In this document: positions 52,168 to 63,228 of the stretch, in pieces
How positions within the stretch are numbered: the first letter of the stretch is position 1
How the letters are laid out: each line of letters starts with the position of its first letter
Assembly (NCBI GenBank): GCA_965224085.1
Contig: CBDCYI010000004.1
Coordinates: forward strand, 768,001-832,000
Direction of reading: 5' to 3'
DNA: 64,000 nt
DNA from: Candidatus Marinacidobacterales bacterium
GTDB taxonomy: Bacteria > Acidobacteriota > Vicinamibacteria > Marinacidobacterales > SMYC01
Notes under the pieces: generated by a model
The model's input: only the letters and a program-made list of their open reading frames with translations
Databases searched by the model: none
Told to the model about the DNA's origin: nothing
Position numbers and translations under genes: made by a program

Positions 52168-54498
52168 TGACGAGCGGAATCGCACTTTCACGCACGAGCG
52201 TGTTGAACGCGTCGAGCTCGGCACCGAGCAACGGATTGAGCTTCGCCTTCTGCCCGTCCCACTGCGCTTTCAAATCGGCGTAGCGCTCGCGGGCGCCGTC
52301 GATGACGCCGACTTCGGAGCCGTCCACCGCCCCTCTCAAATAAGTGAAGTGGTGATTCAGACGCGATGGAAAATTGATCACCGTCTGACCGTCGACCGTG
52401 CGCTTTTGGATGAGCGCGCCCTCGACTTCCGTCAGCTTCTCGACAAGCGCGTTGCCTGCTTCCTCGATCGCCCCGCCGCCCTCTTCCTCTTTCGCACGTG
52501 AGACGAAGTCTTCGATCTGCTCGCGCACGTCCCGCAGCCGGTTGACCGAGCCATGTAGAGCGGAAATCGTTTCTTCGATCTCCGCGAGCAGCCTGTCTTG
52601 AGCCTCGAAGTCGGCGAGCGTCGTATCGACACGCGGATCCTTGACAACCTCGAAAGACTTCGTGCGGGTCTCGTCCCCGACCGTGAGCTTCACCTGATAC
52701 GTCCCCGGGACGACTTTGCGCCCACGCAGGGAGCCGAAGATGTAGAGGCCAGGGACGCGCTCGGGTGTTTCATGACGCAGATCCCACGACGTGCGGTTCA
52801 TGCCCTTCTCGATCTCGAGCTTCGCGCCGTCCTCCTCGGAGTCCTCCTCGGAATCCTCTTCGGCGTCCGTCGCGTAGGTGCGGATCGTCGCGCCGGAGGC
52901 ATCGAGTATCTCGATCTTGGCCTTCGCGTCCTCGTCGACTTCGGCGACGATGAAATCGATAACGGCACCGTTCGGCGGGTTCTTACCGACGTTCGGTGTG
53001 GTTCGAGAGCCGCCTTGCTGGACGCGATAAGCGAGCCGCAGCGTGAAGAGGTGCACCGAAGCGTCACCGGCCTCGCTCATCTGCTGGAGCGGCGACAAGT
53101 CGTCGAGGATCCAAAACGCGCGGCCTTGCGTGGCCGCAACGAGATCGTTGTCCCGCGCCTGAACGATCAGATCCGTAATGGGCACGACAGGAAGTTTGAG
53201 CTGCAAGGACTGCCAGCTCTCGCCGTCGTCGAACGATACATGAATCCCGGTCTCCGTCCCCATATAGAGGAGGCCGCGCCGCTTCGGGTCTTCTCGAATC
53301 ACGCGAACCCAGTCCTCCTCGGCGATGCCGTTCGTGATGGCCGTCCAGCTTTCGCCGTAGTCGTTCGTTTTGAAAGCGAGTGGCGTGAAGTCGTTGAACT
53401 TGTACTTCGTGACCGCGACATAGGCCGCGGCCGGGTCGTGCGGTGACGCTTCGATCGCGTTAATCATCGCCTCACCGATGCCCGGCGGCGTAACGTTTAA
53501 CCAACTCCCGCCGCCATCGCGCGTGACGTGGACGAGGCCGTCATCGCTACCCGTCCAAATCGTAGACGCCGCGTGGGGCGACTCCGCAACGTAGAAAATC
53601 GTGCCGTAGATCTCGCCGCCCGCACCTTCGTTCGTGATCGGCCCGCCGCCCCGGCCTACAGGCCTCCGTCCGGATCGGCTTCTACGAGCGCATAGAGGCG
53701 ATCCGGATCGGCGGAAACGGAGATGCTCATCTTGCCCTTGAGCTCTGGAAAGCCCGTTTCGGGATCCGCGCCAATCTCCTCCCACGTTTCACCGCTGTCG
53801 GTGGATTTGTGGAGCCCGCTCCCTTCGCCGCCGCTGTGAACTTCCCACGGCGTGCGCGGGTGATCCCAACACGCCGCATAGAGGATGCGCGGGTTGGTGG
53901 GATCCATCGCGAGATCGGATGCTCCTGCGGTTTCACCGATGTAGAGAACGTGATCCCAGGTCGCGCCGCCATCGGTCGAGCTATAGATGCCGCGCTCTTC
54001 GGTGGGCCCGTAAGGCGCACCTTGCACCGCGACGTAGACGCGATCGGGATCCGTCGGATGGACCCGGATGCGCGAGATCGCGCGGGAGTGCTTTAGGCCC
54101 ATATGCGTCCACGTCCGTCCAGCATCCGTCGACTTGTAGACGCCGTCGCGATGAGACGTCATCACGCCACGAATAGCGTGCTCGCCCATACCCACATAAA
54201 TAACGTTGGGATCGGAATCGGCGACGGTAATGGCGCCGACGGAGGACGTGTTCAAGAAACCGTCGGTGATGTTAGTCCACGTCACTCCGCTATCGGTCGT
54301 TTTCCAAACGCCTCCGCCGACGCCTCCGAAATAGAAAACACCCGGCTGCGACGGCACACCGGTGGACGCGTTAGAGCGCCCCCCGCGAAACGGGCCGATA
54401 TTGCGCCACTCCATCGCCTGGAAGTGCTTCGGGTCCACGTTCTCGGCCGCCTCGAGCGTGACCGAAACAAACCACAACAAAAGGACGCGTCGTAGCAC
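52157..54498 (-). pseudogene. VPS10/BNR-repeat glycosyl hydrolase-like protein with internal deletion at ~53655
   Basis: [20 protein letters not shown] repeats; resumes at [38 protein letters not shown]. Confidence 0.8.
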
Positions 54499-54507
54499 TT
54501 TGTGCTC

Positions 54508-57144
54508 CTAAGGCTCGCTGGAATCGGTCTCGATCGACCACGGCATGTCTTCGAGAGTTGCGCCTTGAAGCGCGTTGAAAAAGAGCTTGTAGGTGCCTCG
54601 CGGCTGCCCACGAAATTGTGGGCGGAACGCGAACAAAATGACCTCGCCCGCGCCGAGCTTAACGCGCATCACGGCCGACTTGCCGCCGATGTTCGATTCT
54701 TCGCCGAGCGCCCAGCCGCTCATGAGGATGTCTTTTTCCGCGTAGGTCACGACCGTCTCGACAGGAAATGGCGGCGGCATCTTCACGTCTTCTTTACCGC
54801 CTTCACGCTCGCGGCTCGGCTCGAGCGCCTCGAAGGCGCGGCTGCGAACGAAAGAGGTCGCTACCTCGTCGGGCATACCCCAAGCAAGTGGGTGGGCGGT
54901 GTCGACCGTCGCACGGATCAGGGAGCCCGGAATGAAAAAGCTCGACGAAGAAACGCCCGATGTGACGTTTTTTACTGGAAGACCGAACTGCTGGATGGCG
55001 AAATCACTCGCACCGTCGAGTGCTATGAGAGTGCCGCCATTCTCGACGAAGCGCTTCAGCGCGTAAGCGCCCGCCAAGCCGAGGCCGCCGACATATTCGT
55101 CCGGCATCGTGCCCGGGGCGTGGCCGTTCAAGATGCGCGCCGCGTCTTGATCGGGCAAAACGATGACATCGAAACGCGACAAATCAGACGTGCGGACGTC
55201 TTTGTCCACAAGCGTCGTCAAATCGAAGTCGTAGTCCTCCAAAAGCCATCGCGTCCAACCCTCGTCCATGTTCGCGACCCAGGATTTGTACATGCCCACG
55301 CGCGTGTGCTGCAGCGTGTGCATGACGACGTCCGGGCTCTCGTCGATAGAATCGATGTCGAGGCCGAGCTCGCGCGCGAGCGCCGACAGCCGGTCGAACG
55401 TCTCATCCCCCGACTCGATGAGGATGGTGCCGCGCGGATGCCCATCGAAAGGAGCTCCCGCCCAGTGAAGTCTCTCGCCCAAGCCGAGCAATCGGTTCGC
55501 CGCCTTCATCGCAGCGTTTTGCCGATGCGATAGCAGGTAGCCGAATCTACCGCGCGTGACCCGGCCCGGGCTCGGCGTTACATAATCGGCGAGCGCCACA
55601 GCTTCGGCCGTGAACGAAGTCTCGATGCGGTCGACCTTGACTCCCATCTGCATCGGCAGGGTCCAACCCGCGAGATCGTAGGGCGGATCGGGCGGGCCGT
55701 CGGGCGTACGCCGCCGATCGGGATATTCTTGCTTCTCCATGAGATCGACGACATAAGGGAGGAACGACTGGGCACCGTAAATAACGTAGGAGCCCACCCC
55801 GTAAGACTTTCCGTTCGCGGTGAAATCGGCCGTCGCCCGCTCGATCTCGATGCCACCCACCAGCAGAATATTCACGAGAGCGTCCGCCTCGCCCGGATCC
55901 CACTGCTCCCGAGGGATGATGTACGCCGTCGGCTTTCCCGCCTCTCCCGTTTCGATGGCGTCTCGCCCCATGCGATAGATGTCGTAGAGCCACTTTTCTT
56001 TGAGTTCGGCGGCAATGTCCAGAACGCCCATCGAGGCGGTCAATGTGTAGCGAACGGCATCACTGAAGTGAGACTCCCCGCCCTCCCAGGGGTACGGATG
56101 AAAAATATCCGTGGCCGAAGTCGGCGACGCACTGCCGCGACGCGGGTTGCCCACGAACTCGGGCCGCTTTTCCGGATCGTAGAATCGCGGCGTCGCGGAC
56201 GCATGGGAGGTTTCAGTCAGGATCCCGATCATGTTGTGAAAGTAAGGCACGGTGCGCATCCCGCCGTTCCACCACATCGAATAGATCATGTCGGAGACGA
56301 CGCCTGGCATTCTCTTCATGGCGAAGCGATTGGCCATCGCCGTACCCACCATGTTGACGCCCGTCGTCACCCCGGGATGGATGTTCGGGTTGACTGGATC
56401 CGCGAATGGCGGCAAGAAGATACGCGCCCAAGCCGGGCCAGTCTGGTGATGGTTATAGACGATTTGCGGGAACCACTCGCGGTATAAAACTTCCGTCACC
56501 GCGTGAGACTCCGGCATGTTGTTCATGAACCAGTCGCGGTTGTTGTCGTGGCCGACATAGTGATGGTAGAGCTCGGGCGGCCGCGACGTCTCGAACGGTG
56601 TCTCGAGATGCTTTCGATACCAATCGGCGACGATGTCGAGCCCATCCGGGTTCATGCTCGGCATGAGGAGCAGGATCACGTTGTCACGGATCTTCTCCAT
56701 CTCCGCGGAATCTTCGGTCACGACGCGATAAGCGAGATGCGGCATCATCTGGGACGGCGCGACCTCGGTCGCGTGCAAGCCGGCATCGAGCCACACGACC
56801 GCTTTGCCTTCGGCCGCGTAGCGCTCGGCGGTTTCATCATCGATGCGCGCGCGCGCAAGGGCCTCACTCATCTCGCGCAGCTCGTCGAGCCGCGAGAGGT
56901 TAGCCTCGCTCGAGATATAGAGCAACAGGAGCGGTTTCTCGAGGACTGAGCGCCCGATCTCACGGAGCTCGACCCGATCGCTCGCGGCGTCCAGGGCCAG
57001 GTAATACTCGACGAGCTGGTTCCACTTCGCGAGCTTGTAGTCAGAGCCCGGCTCGAAGCCGATGACGTCCACCGGCTTCGGAACCTGGGTGGTTGCGAGA
57101 GTGGTCAGAAAAATCGAAAACAGGAAAATGGTGATGCGTGGCAT
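54508..57144 (-). CDS. M14 zinc carboxypeptidase family protein
   Basis: LHATE, NPDG, GHDNNRD, NHHQ, DEGWTRW, FRPQFRGQ; signal peptide. Confidence 0.9.
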   Translation of the reverse strand: MPRITIFLFSIFLTTLATTQVPKPVDVIGFEPGSDYKLAKWNQLVEYYLALDAASDRVELREIGRSVLEKPLLLLYISSEANLSRLDELREMSEALARARIDDETAERYAAEGKAVVWLDAGLHATEVAPSQMMPHLAYRVVTEDSAEMEKIRDNVILLLMPSMNPDGLDIVADWYRKHLETPFETSRPPELYHHYVGHDNNRDWFMNNMPESHAVTEVLYREWFPQIVYNHHQTGPAWARIFLPPFADPVNPNIHPGVTTGVNMVGTAMANRFAMKRMPGVVSDMIYSMWWNGGMRTVPYFHNMIGILTETSHASATPRFYDPEKRPEFVGNPRRGSASPTSATDIFHPYPWEGGESHFSDAVRYTLTASMGVLDIAAELKEKWLYDIYRMGRDAIETGEAGKPTAYIIPREQWDPGEADALVNILLVGGIEIERATADFTANGKSYGVGSYVIYGAQSFLPYVVDLMEKQEYPDRRRTPDGPPDPPYDLAGWTLPMQMGVKVDRIETSFTAEAVALADYVTPSPGRVTRGRFGYLLSHRQNAAMKAANRLLGLGERLHWAGAPFDGHPRGTILIESGDETFDRLSALARELGLDIDSIDESPDVVMHTLQHTRVGMYKSWVANMDEGWTRWLLEDYDFDLTTLVDKDVRTSDLSRFDVIVLPDQDAARILNGHAPGTMPDEYVGGLGLAGAYALKRFVENGGTLIALDGASDFAIQQFGLPVKNVTSGVSSSSFFIPGSLIRATVDTAHPLAWGMPDEVATSFVRSRAFEALEPSREREGGKEDVKMPPPFPVETVVTYAEKDILMSGWALGEESNIGGKSAVMRVKLGAGEVILFAFRPQFRGQPRGTYKLFFNALQGATLEDMPWSIETDSSEP

Positions 57145-57159
57145 GGCTGCCTCCTAATC

Positions 57160-58344
57160 TCAACGCGAGAATGGCCCGGATTCTATCAAACGGCCGACGC
57201 GCAAATGAATCCAAGGGATCGTCCACGCGACCGCCGCGATGACCGCATCGGTCACATCGGGCGAGCGCCCCGGGACGAACTTTTGAAACCACTCCAGGAA
57301 GAGAACAGACAAGAATACGACTCCGATCCCGGTGGCCGCTACCCGCTCGGGACGGCTCGGTTGCGCGTGGATCGCAAGAACCGCGAGCCCGAGAAACGGC
57401 CAAACCGAGTTGAGCACGTCTTCGATACGCGTCAATTCGCTCACGAGATGACTTCGAAAGGGAGTCCAGTTGAACGCCGAGATTCCAGCCGCGCCGACGC
57501 CCGGTCGAAGCTGGTCGACGACGACGGTGCCCACAATGGCCGCGAAAGCGAGACGGGACACGCGCTCGGGCGCACGCAGAAAACCAGCGACGACAAAGGC
57601 GAGTCCGGCGCCGGCGAGCGCCTCGAGCGATAGTTGCTGGCGCACGATGGGCACTTTCGCGAGGAGCACACAGAAGAAGAACGCGGACACGAAGAAGCGG
57701 CGACGGTATTTCGACCGTAGCGCCGTGGACAACAGGATCGAGAGCGCCAAGATAGCGAGCCCATAACCGAGGGCGCTCGAGAACTCGAAAGACCGAGAGC
57801 CGCGTAGGACGTGCCACACCGGCCGAAGCCCCGCGCGGAGATTGCCGACGTCGGGAGAAGGCACGAAAGGAAAGAGTTGCCCGCCGGCCCAGACCCCGAC
57901 GACCGCCGCACCGAGCCTCGTCACCGGCTCATCGACGAAGATGCGCGCTGCCGTTCGCCGAATCCAGGGTTCAAGCGCCGCGAGCTGCCGATGAACCACC
58001 GCGCCGCCGCACGCGCCGAGCGTGTTCCAGCCCCAGTCATGAAAAGAAGGAACACGACGCGGAAGAAAAGCCTGCAGATACTCGACCCCGAAGCTGAAAA
58101 GACTGCCCGCGAGCGTCGCCAAGAGCACAGTGCGCACGCGACCCAATCCCGCGAAAACGCGCGCGGCGAGCCAGCCGAACGGGATGTAGATGATCACGTT
58201 CACGACGAGGTCCGTGCGCGACAGCCGTCCCGGTTCCAGAAACTGATGCCACGCGCTGACGTCGAGTGCCCGCCAGCCAGTGAAGGGAAAGAGGCTTCCG
58301 TAAACGAGGAGGGCCGTGTAGCCGAGGAGAAATGCGCGGGTCAC
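57160..58344 (-). CDS. Multi-domain VanZ family membrane protein
   Basis: YGSLFPF, NVIIYIPFG, EYLQAFLPRRVPS..D..NTLG; second copy EWFQKFVPGRSPDVTD. Confidence 0.82.
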   Translation of the reverse strand: MTRAFLLGYTALLVYGSLFPFTGWRALDVSAWHQFLEPGRLSRTDLVVNVIIYIPFGWLAARVFAGLGRVRTVLLATLAGSLFSFGVEYLQAFLPRRVPSFHDWGWNTLGACGGAVVHRQLAALEPWIRRTAARIFVDEPVTRLGAAVVGVWAGGQLFPFVPSPDVGNLRAGLRPVWHVLRGSRSFEFSSALGYGLAILALSILLSTALRSKYRRRFFVSAFFFCVLLAKVPIVRQQLSLEALAGAGLAFVVAGFLRAPERVSRLAFAAIVGTVVVDQLRPGVGAAGISAFNWTPFRSHLVSELTRIEDVLNSVWPFLGLAVLAIHAQPSRPERVAATGIGVVFLSVLFLEWFQKFVPGRSPDVTDAVIAAVAWTIPWIHLRVGRLIESGPFSR

Positions 58345-59150
58345 GGAATCGAGCCCTGGAGGACGATGACGTCATCATAGTGGCGGTTGGCGTCATTGGG
58401 GGTGTCGGGATCGAGATAGTAGGGCGTGATCGTGGCGCGATACGCCGATCCACCCTGATGTTCGATACAAACGCCGACATAGCCGTGACGACGATTGCCT
58501 TCGGGGTAGATGAAGCGTGAAAAGCCTTCCTGCCACTCCGGGTTCTCTTCCAGATCGCGCACATTAGCGACACCGGCCTCGGCATACGGCTGCGCATGGG
58601 CCACGCGGTTGCCGCGAAGCGTCGTGTCGAGGCCATCATTGTCATGGTTCCCGAGCGCGGGGTAAACGGGCGTCGTGGCGGCGAAGCCCGCCATGTCCGG
58701 CCAAAACGCGTCCCAGTCGTCTTGAGCGTTGCCCTGATCGACGAGATCGCCCGCGTATAGAAGAAAGCGCGGCGCGTAAGTCGCGATCTGATCGAGAACT
58801 GCCCGCTGCGTGATATTGCGCACGGGCTCGGTCGCCTTTGATTCCGGATCGGCGGCGACGGCGAACGTGAAATCCGTTCCGAGCTCGACGGCCGTCGTGA
58901 AGTGCGCCGCCTCGGTCGACCCATCTTGGACGACTCGATAGAAATGGCGCATGTTCGATTGGAGACCCATGAGTTGCACCTCATGGCGAAAGCCGGGAAC
59001 GTGATCGAAGGCTTCGTGCGCGCTCGACACGCGTTCGCCGTAGCTATCGGACAGGCCCCATTCGAGCGTGCCGGGGGTATCGTTCTCCGACCACCAGACC
59101 ATACGGATGCTGTCGGTGCTCACGAGTTGAACGTAAGGGCCGACGGTCAT
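58341..59150 (-). CDS. Purple acid phosphatase-like metallophosphoesterase (FN3 N-domain), probably internally deleted
   Basis: GPYVQ, HEVQL.GL, AADP, GDLVD, GNHD; later motifs (GHxH) absent. Confidence 0.7.
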   Translation of the reverse strand: MTVGPYVQLVSTDSIRMVWWSENDTPGTLEWGLSDSYGERVSSAHEAFDHVPGFRHEVQLMGLQSNMRHFYRVVQDGSTEAAHFTTAVELGTDFTFAVAADPESKATEPVRNITQRAVLDQIATYAPRFLLYAGDLVDQGNAQDDWDAFWPDMAGFAATTPVYPALGNHDNDGLDTTLRGNRVAHAQPYAEAGVANVRDLEENPEWQEGFSRFIYPEGNRRHGYVGVCIEHQGGSAYRATITPYYLDPDTPNDANRHYDDVIVLQGSIP

Positions 59151-59172
59151 CCCAAGAGGAATAGTATAGGCA

Positions 59173-60942
59173 TCACAATCCCACGAGAAGTACCACCGCG
59201 GCGACGATCACTGGGACGACAGCGAACGTTACGGCACCGCCAAGCCGCGCGTAGTCGGAAAAACGATACCCGCCGGGCCCGTAGACCATCAGGTTCGTCT
59301 GATAAGCAATCGGGGTCAAGAAAGACGCGGAGGCGGCGACCGCCACTGCAAGGGCGAAGGGACGAGGCGCAACCCCGAGCGACGAGGCCGTCGAAACCGC
59401 GATGGGAAACATCAACACCACGGCGGCGTTGTTCGTGATGAGCGAGAGCAGCAGAATGGTGGCGCCGATGAGACCAACAAGGACACCGAAGGTGCCAAAG
59501 CCCCCGAGCGTGCCGATCAGCGAGCTTGCGAGAAATGCCGCGAGACCGGAGCTTTCCATCGCAGCACCGAGCCCGAACGCCGCAGCAATGACGACGACGA
59601 CGTCCAAGTCGACAGCACGGCGGGCATCCCATGGAGTGAGCACCCCGGTCGCGACGAGCGCGAACGCGCCGAGAAGCGACAGGTGCAGAATGGGCATCGC
59701 CCCGAGCGCCGCGCCACCGACGATGACGGCGGCGATGACGCCGACCAGCAAGGCCTTTCTGCTTGGAACCGCCGGCGCCCCGCCCAAGCCCGAGACGAGC
59801 AAGAAGTCGTTCCGGTCCCGCCAACGATCGCGAAAGCTCGGATCGGCGAGGATCACGAGCGTGTCGCCCACGCGTAGCCGCACTTCGCCGAGCTTCGCTT
59901 TGACTCGTTGACCCGAGCGATGGATAGCAACCACGGCCGCTTGATAACGCGACCGAAATGAAACTTCTTTCGGGGTTTTCCCGACGAGCGGAGACACTTC
60001 TCCGATGGCGGCCTCGAAAAAAGTATGGCGCGCCGAATCGAGGCCGCCGGTGTGCTCGTGCTCGGTCGACACGAGACCGCGCATCGCTTGGAGATCGACA
60101 ACCAAATCCGCCTTCCCGACGAACACCAATCGGTCCTGACCGCGCAGAACGGTCGTTGGTGTGACGGGCGCGATGAGCTCCCCCTCCCGTTCGATCTCGA
60201 CGAGAAAGACGCCTTGAAGGTGGCGAAGACCACCGTCCTCGACCGTCTTTCCATCGAGCGGGCCGCCTTCCTCGACCAGCATGTTCAGAACGAACTCGCG
60301 GAACTCCTCATCGAGCTCGCGGCCCGCGGCACGGCGCTCCGGGACGAGTAGCGGCGCGAAAGCAACGATGACGACGAGTCCCACGACGGCCACGGGGACG
60401 CCGACCGGTGCGATCTCGAACACGCCGAGGGGATCTTCTCCTGAGGCTTCGAGCAAGCCGGAAACCACGAGATTCGTCGACGTGCCAATCGTCGTGGCGA
60501 CTCCGCCCAGGATCGCAGCAAAAGAGAGCGGCATCAGATAGCGCGAAGGCGACTGGCCGCGCTGCTCAGCCCAATCCGTCACCTGCGGCGCGAGCATCGC
60601 CACGATAGGAGTGTTGTTGAGAAAGGCGGACGCCGCCGCCGTCGGCACGACGAGTCGTAGAAGTGCGCGACGAGCGTGGACGCCCTTACCAAGCGTGGCG
60701 GCAACCAACGGCTGAAGGGCTCCTGTTTTCTCGACGCCGCGCGCGAGCACATAGAGAGCGGCCACCGTGATGGGCGCGGGATTGCTGAAACCCGCGAAAG
60801 CCTGCTCCGTCGTCACGACTCCGAAAACGAGCAACAAGACGACCGCGCCAAGGATGGTCGCGGGCGGAGGAGCGAGATCGCGCGCGAGGACAATAAGAGT
60901 CACGATCAAGACCGCGACCGTGACGGCGCTATCGGAACCCAT
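59173..60942 (-). CDS. SLC13 permease with TrkA-C domains
   Basis: GFSNPAPITV, AFLNNTPIV, IGTSTNLVV, LITNNAA, TPIAYQTNLMVYGPGGYRFSDY. Confidence 0.92.
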   Translation of the reverse strand: MGSDSAVTVAVLIVTLIVLARDLAPPPATILGAVVLLLVFGVVTTEQAFAGFSNPAPITVAALYVLARGVEKTGALQPLVAATLGKGVHARRALLRLVVPTAAASAFLNNTPIVAMLAPQVTDWAEQRGQSPSRYLMPLSFAAILGGVATTIGTSTNLVVSGLLEASGEDPLGVFEIAPVGVPVAVVGLVVIVAFAPLLVPERRAAGRELDEEFREFVLNMLVEEGGPLDGKTVEDGGLRHLQGVFLVEIEREGELIAPVTPTTVLRGQDRLVFVGKADLVVDLQAMRGLVSTEHEHTGGLDSARHTFFEAAIGEVSPLVGKTPKEVSFRSRYQAAVVAIHRSGQRVKAKLGEVRLRVGDTLVILADPSFRDRWRDRNDFLLVSGLGGAPAVPSRKALLVGVIAAVIVGGAALGAMPILHLSLLGAFALVATGVLTPWDARRAVDLDVVVVIAAAFGLGAAMESSGLAAFLASSLIGTLGGFGTFGVLVGLIGATILLLSLITNNAAVVLMFPIAVSTASSLGVAPRPFALAVAVAASASFLTPIAYQTNLMVYGPGGYRFSDYARLGGAVTFAVVPVIVAAVVLLVGL

Positions 60943-60950
60943 GGCGTCGA

Positions 60951-61880
60951 TCAGCTCCGCGCGCGCGCCATGAGAAGACGCACGAACGAAACATGTGGGT
61001 CCTCGTCATCCCAAAACCCGACGCGGCGAAGCTCGAAAGGATCGCTCGAGGCGTCGTTCGAACCGGAAATCGTCGTCACCGCGCAGCAAAAACCTTCTTC
61101 GCGGAGGATCTGCTTCGTCGTTGCACCGAAATCCACGGACCGTCCATTGGGATAGGCAAAGGACGTGACCTCGCAACCGAGCTCGGACTCGATCCGTTCT
61201 TTGGAGCCTTTCACCTGACGGCGGGCTTCCATCGCACTCACTTGGCTCAAGATAGGATGATCGAGCGTATGGGCACCGAAACGTATGCCGGCGGCCGCCA
61301 TTTCACGCGCGTCCGCCCATGTGAGCTTGTCCCAACCCACATCGCTCGAGTCAACCCCGAGCCGTTGCAAAAGGCGTGAGATAAGCTCGGAGCGCTCGTC
61401 GGGGCCCACGCAGCGCACTTCACCAAGGATGGCCGCAAGCTCATGATGTTTATCGGGAATCGGGGCGGTTGTACGATGAAAGGCATCGAAGATTCGATCG
61501 TGCCAAATCAACCGATTCGCGTCAACGGCGCCGGTGACCAAGAAGATCGTCGCGGGGAGCCCGAGCTCCCGCAGGATGGGGAAAGCGTGCGTGTAGTTGT
61601 CGCGATAGCCATCGTCGAAAGTGATGGCTATCGCGTTGGGAGGCGCACCGTTCGCTACAAGCGCCTCGAGCGGCTGCACGGAAAAGTACCGCTGCACGAG
61701 CTCCATCTGCTCCCGGAACATGCGTGTGGGGGTGCCACGGAAGAACGGATGGCCGTCGTCATTGACACGGTGATAGCAAAGCACGAGAAAGCGGTTGGGT
61801 CGTGTGAGCCCAACCAGACCACGTGCGAGCGTGGGAGCCCGTGCCGCGAGCCCGAGAACGCGCTTTGCCGAAGACTTCAT
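60951..61880 (-). CDS. Polysaccharide deacetylase
   Basis: LCYHRV, ITFDDGYRDNY, GAHTLDHPIL, FAYPNG. Confidence 0.9.
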   Translation of the reverse strand: MKSSAKRVLGLAARAPTLARGLVGLTRPNRFLVLCYHRVNDDGHPFFRGTPTRMFREQMELVQRYFSVQPLEALVANGAPPNAIAITFDDGYRDNYTHAFPILRELGLPATIFLVTGAVDANRLIWHDRIFDAFHRTTAPIPDKHHELAAILGEVRCVGPDERSELISRLLQRLGVDSSDVGWDKLTWADAREMAAAGIRFGAHTLDHPILSQVSAMEARRQVKGSKERIESELGCEVTSFAYPNGRSVDFGATTKQILREEGFCCAVTTISGSNDASSDPFELRRVGFWDDEDPHVSFVRLLMARARS

Positions 61881-62448
61881 GTCTCGCTATCGTATCCGAA
61901 CTGTGCTGTGCAAGTTTCTCGACATCACGCGGACGCCGGAGCAAGCCGACCTCATCTTCGTCTTCGCGGGGCGCGAGGAGCGAAAGCGTTACGGGATCGA
62001 GCTCTACGAGAAAGGCTACGCTCCACGCCTGGTTCTCAGTGTCGGCCGCTTCGAATGGCGCCGCTTCGCCGAGCTTGGACTAGCGAGTGACGGGGGCCTC
62101 GTCGAAATGGTCCCCACGATCGAGGCACCCAAGCGCCACTTCTTGGTCGAGATCGAAGATGAGAAAACCACTTGCCACGGGATCGCGCGCGACCGCTACG
62201 GAACGCTTTCCGAAGCTCGCGCCCTGGCCATCCACGTGAAAGACGGTAAAGCCATGACCATCTTGCTGGTCTCGTCGCCGGAACACTCGAGACGATGTCT
62301 TCTGGCGACGAAAAGCGTCATTTCCCCGCGCCACCGATTGATACCCATCGGGTGCGCTCCTTCCAGGGACTCGTGTGCCCACGAGTTCGTGAAGTGGATA
62401 GGCTATCGCGCGCTGACGTCGCGAGTTGCACGGGGTAGTAATTCTTGA
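61879..62448 (+). CDS. YdcF/DUF218 family protein
   Basis: ADLIFVFAG, GIELYEKGYAP, GTLSEA, LVSSPEHSRR, HEFVKWIGY. Confidence 0.75.
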   Translation: MSRYRIRTVLCKFLDITRTPEQADLIFVFAGREERKRYGIELYEKGYAPRLVLSVGRFEWRRFAELGLASDGGLVEMVPTIEAPKRHFLVEIEDEKTTCHGIARDRYGTLSEARALAIHVKDGKAMTILLVSSPEHSRRCLLATKSVISPRHRLIPIGCAPSRDSCAHEFVKWIGYRALTSRVARGSNS

Positions 62449-62647
62449 TATAAAATAGTGAAGCCCTTTCCAACCAGGGGAATTTCGAAGGACAAAAACG
62501 GCTGTACTTGCAGCCAAGTGCTTTAGATTGACACACATGTAAGCCGACTCCGGGTTATAATGGAGGGTCGATGTGGCGCGATTTTGGGGAGTTACCCCTG
62601 GCCCCCGCTTTCGAGGCCTTCGAAATTCTGAGGAGTCGTTTCGAAAA

Positions 62648-63227
62648 GTGAAGCTCAAATGTGCGCTCATCATCTCTGCCACAGCCCTGGCGCTGGCGGC
62701 AAACGCTTCGGCGCAGCAAGGCAACCCGGACCCGCGTCAAAGGGGCCCGGAGGCTTACATCATCGGTGCGGGAGACTTGATCCATGTCCTGACAAGAAGA
62801 CAACTTCAGTGGCTCGTTCCAAGTCCGCTACGACGGCAAGATCACCTTGCCGCTCGTCGGCGACATTTTGGCCGCGGGCCGAACTCCAGAACAACTCGCG
62901 GAACATTTGGAAGAGCAGATCGGAGTCCTCGTGGAGCTCGCCCAGGTCACGGTATCGATCGATCAGGCCAACAGCGCGCAATTCTACGTCATCGGCAAGG
63001 TTGCCAAACAGGGCGCTTTTCCGTACATCGGCGAAATCCGTGTGGTTCAAGCGCTCGCGCTCGCCGGCGGTTTTCAGGAATTCGCGAGGCTGAGCAATAT
63101 TTTCGTGATCCGCGAAACGCAGGGACGGCTTATCTACTATCCGTTCAACTATGACGACCTCGTCGGCAAGCGTCAGCTGGGTGGCAACATGATTCTGCTC
63201 CCTGGAGACACGATCGTCGTTCCCTAG
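62648..63227 (+). CDS. Polysaccharide export protein (Wza/Poly_export + SLBB), frameshifted
   Basis: AYIIGAGDLIHV, VRYDGKITLPLVGDILAAG.T, FYVIGKV, ALALAGGF.EFA, LLPGDTIVVP. Confidence 0.82.
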
Positions 63228-63228
63228 T

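Noticed and set aside
52828-52864. Short coding repeats (EEDS x3; also GSV repeats at ~44535-44560)
   Set aside because: In-frame low-complexity linkers, unremarkable
62528-62561. TTGACA..TATAAT promoter for the EPS export gene
   Set aside because: 22-nt spacer is too long; the -10 may be real but the pair is unsupported
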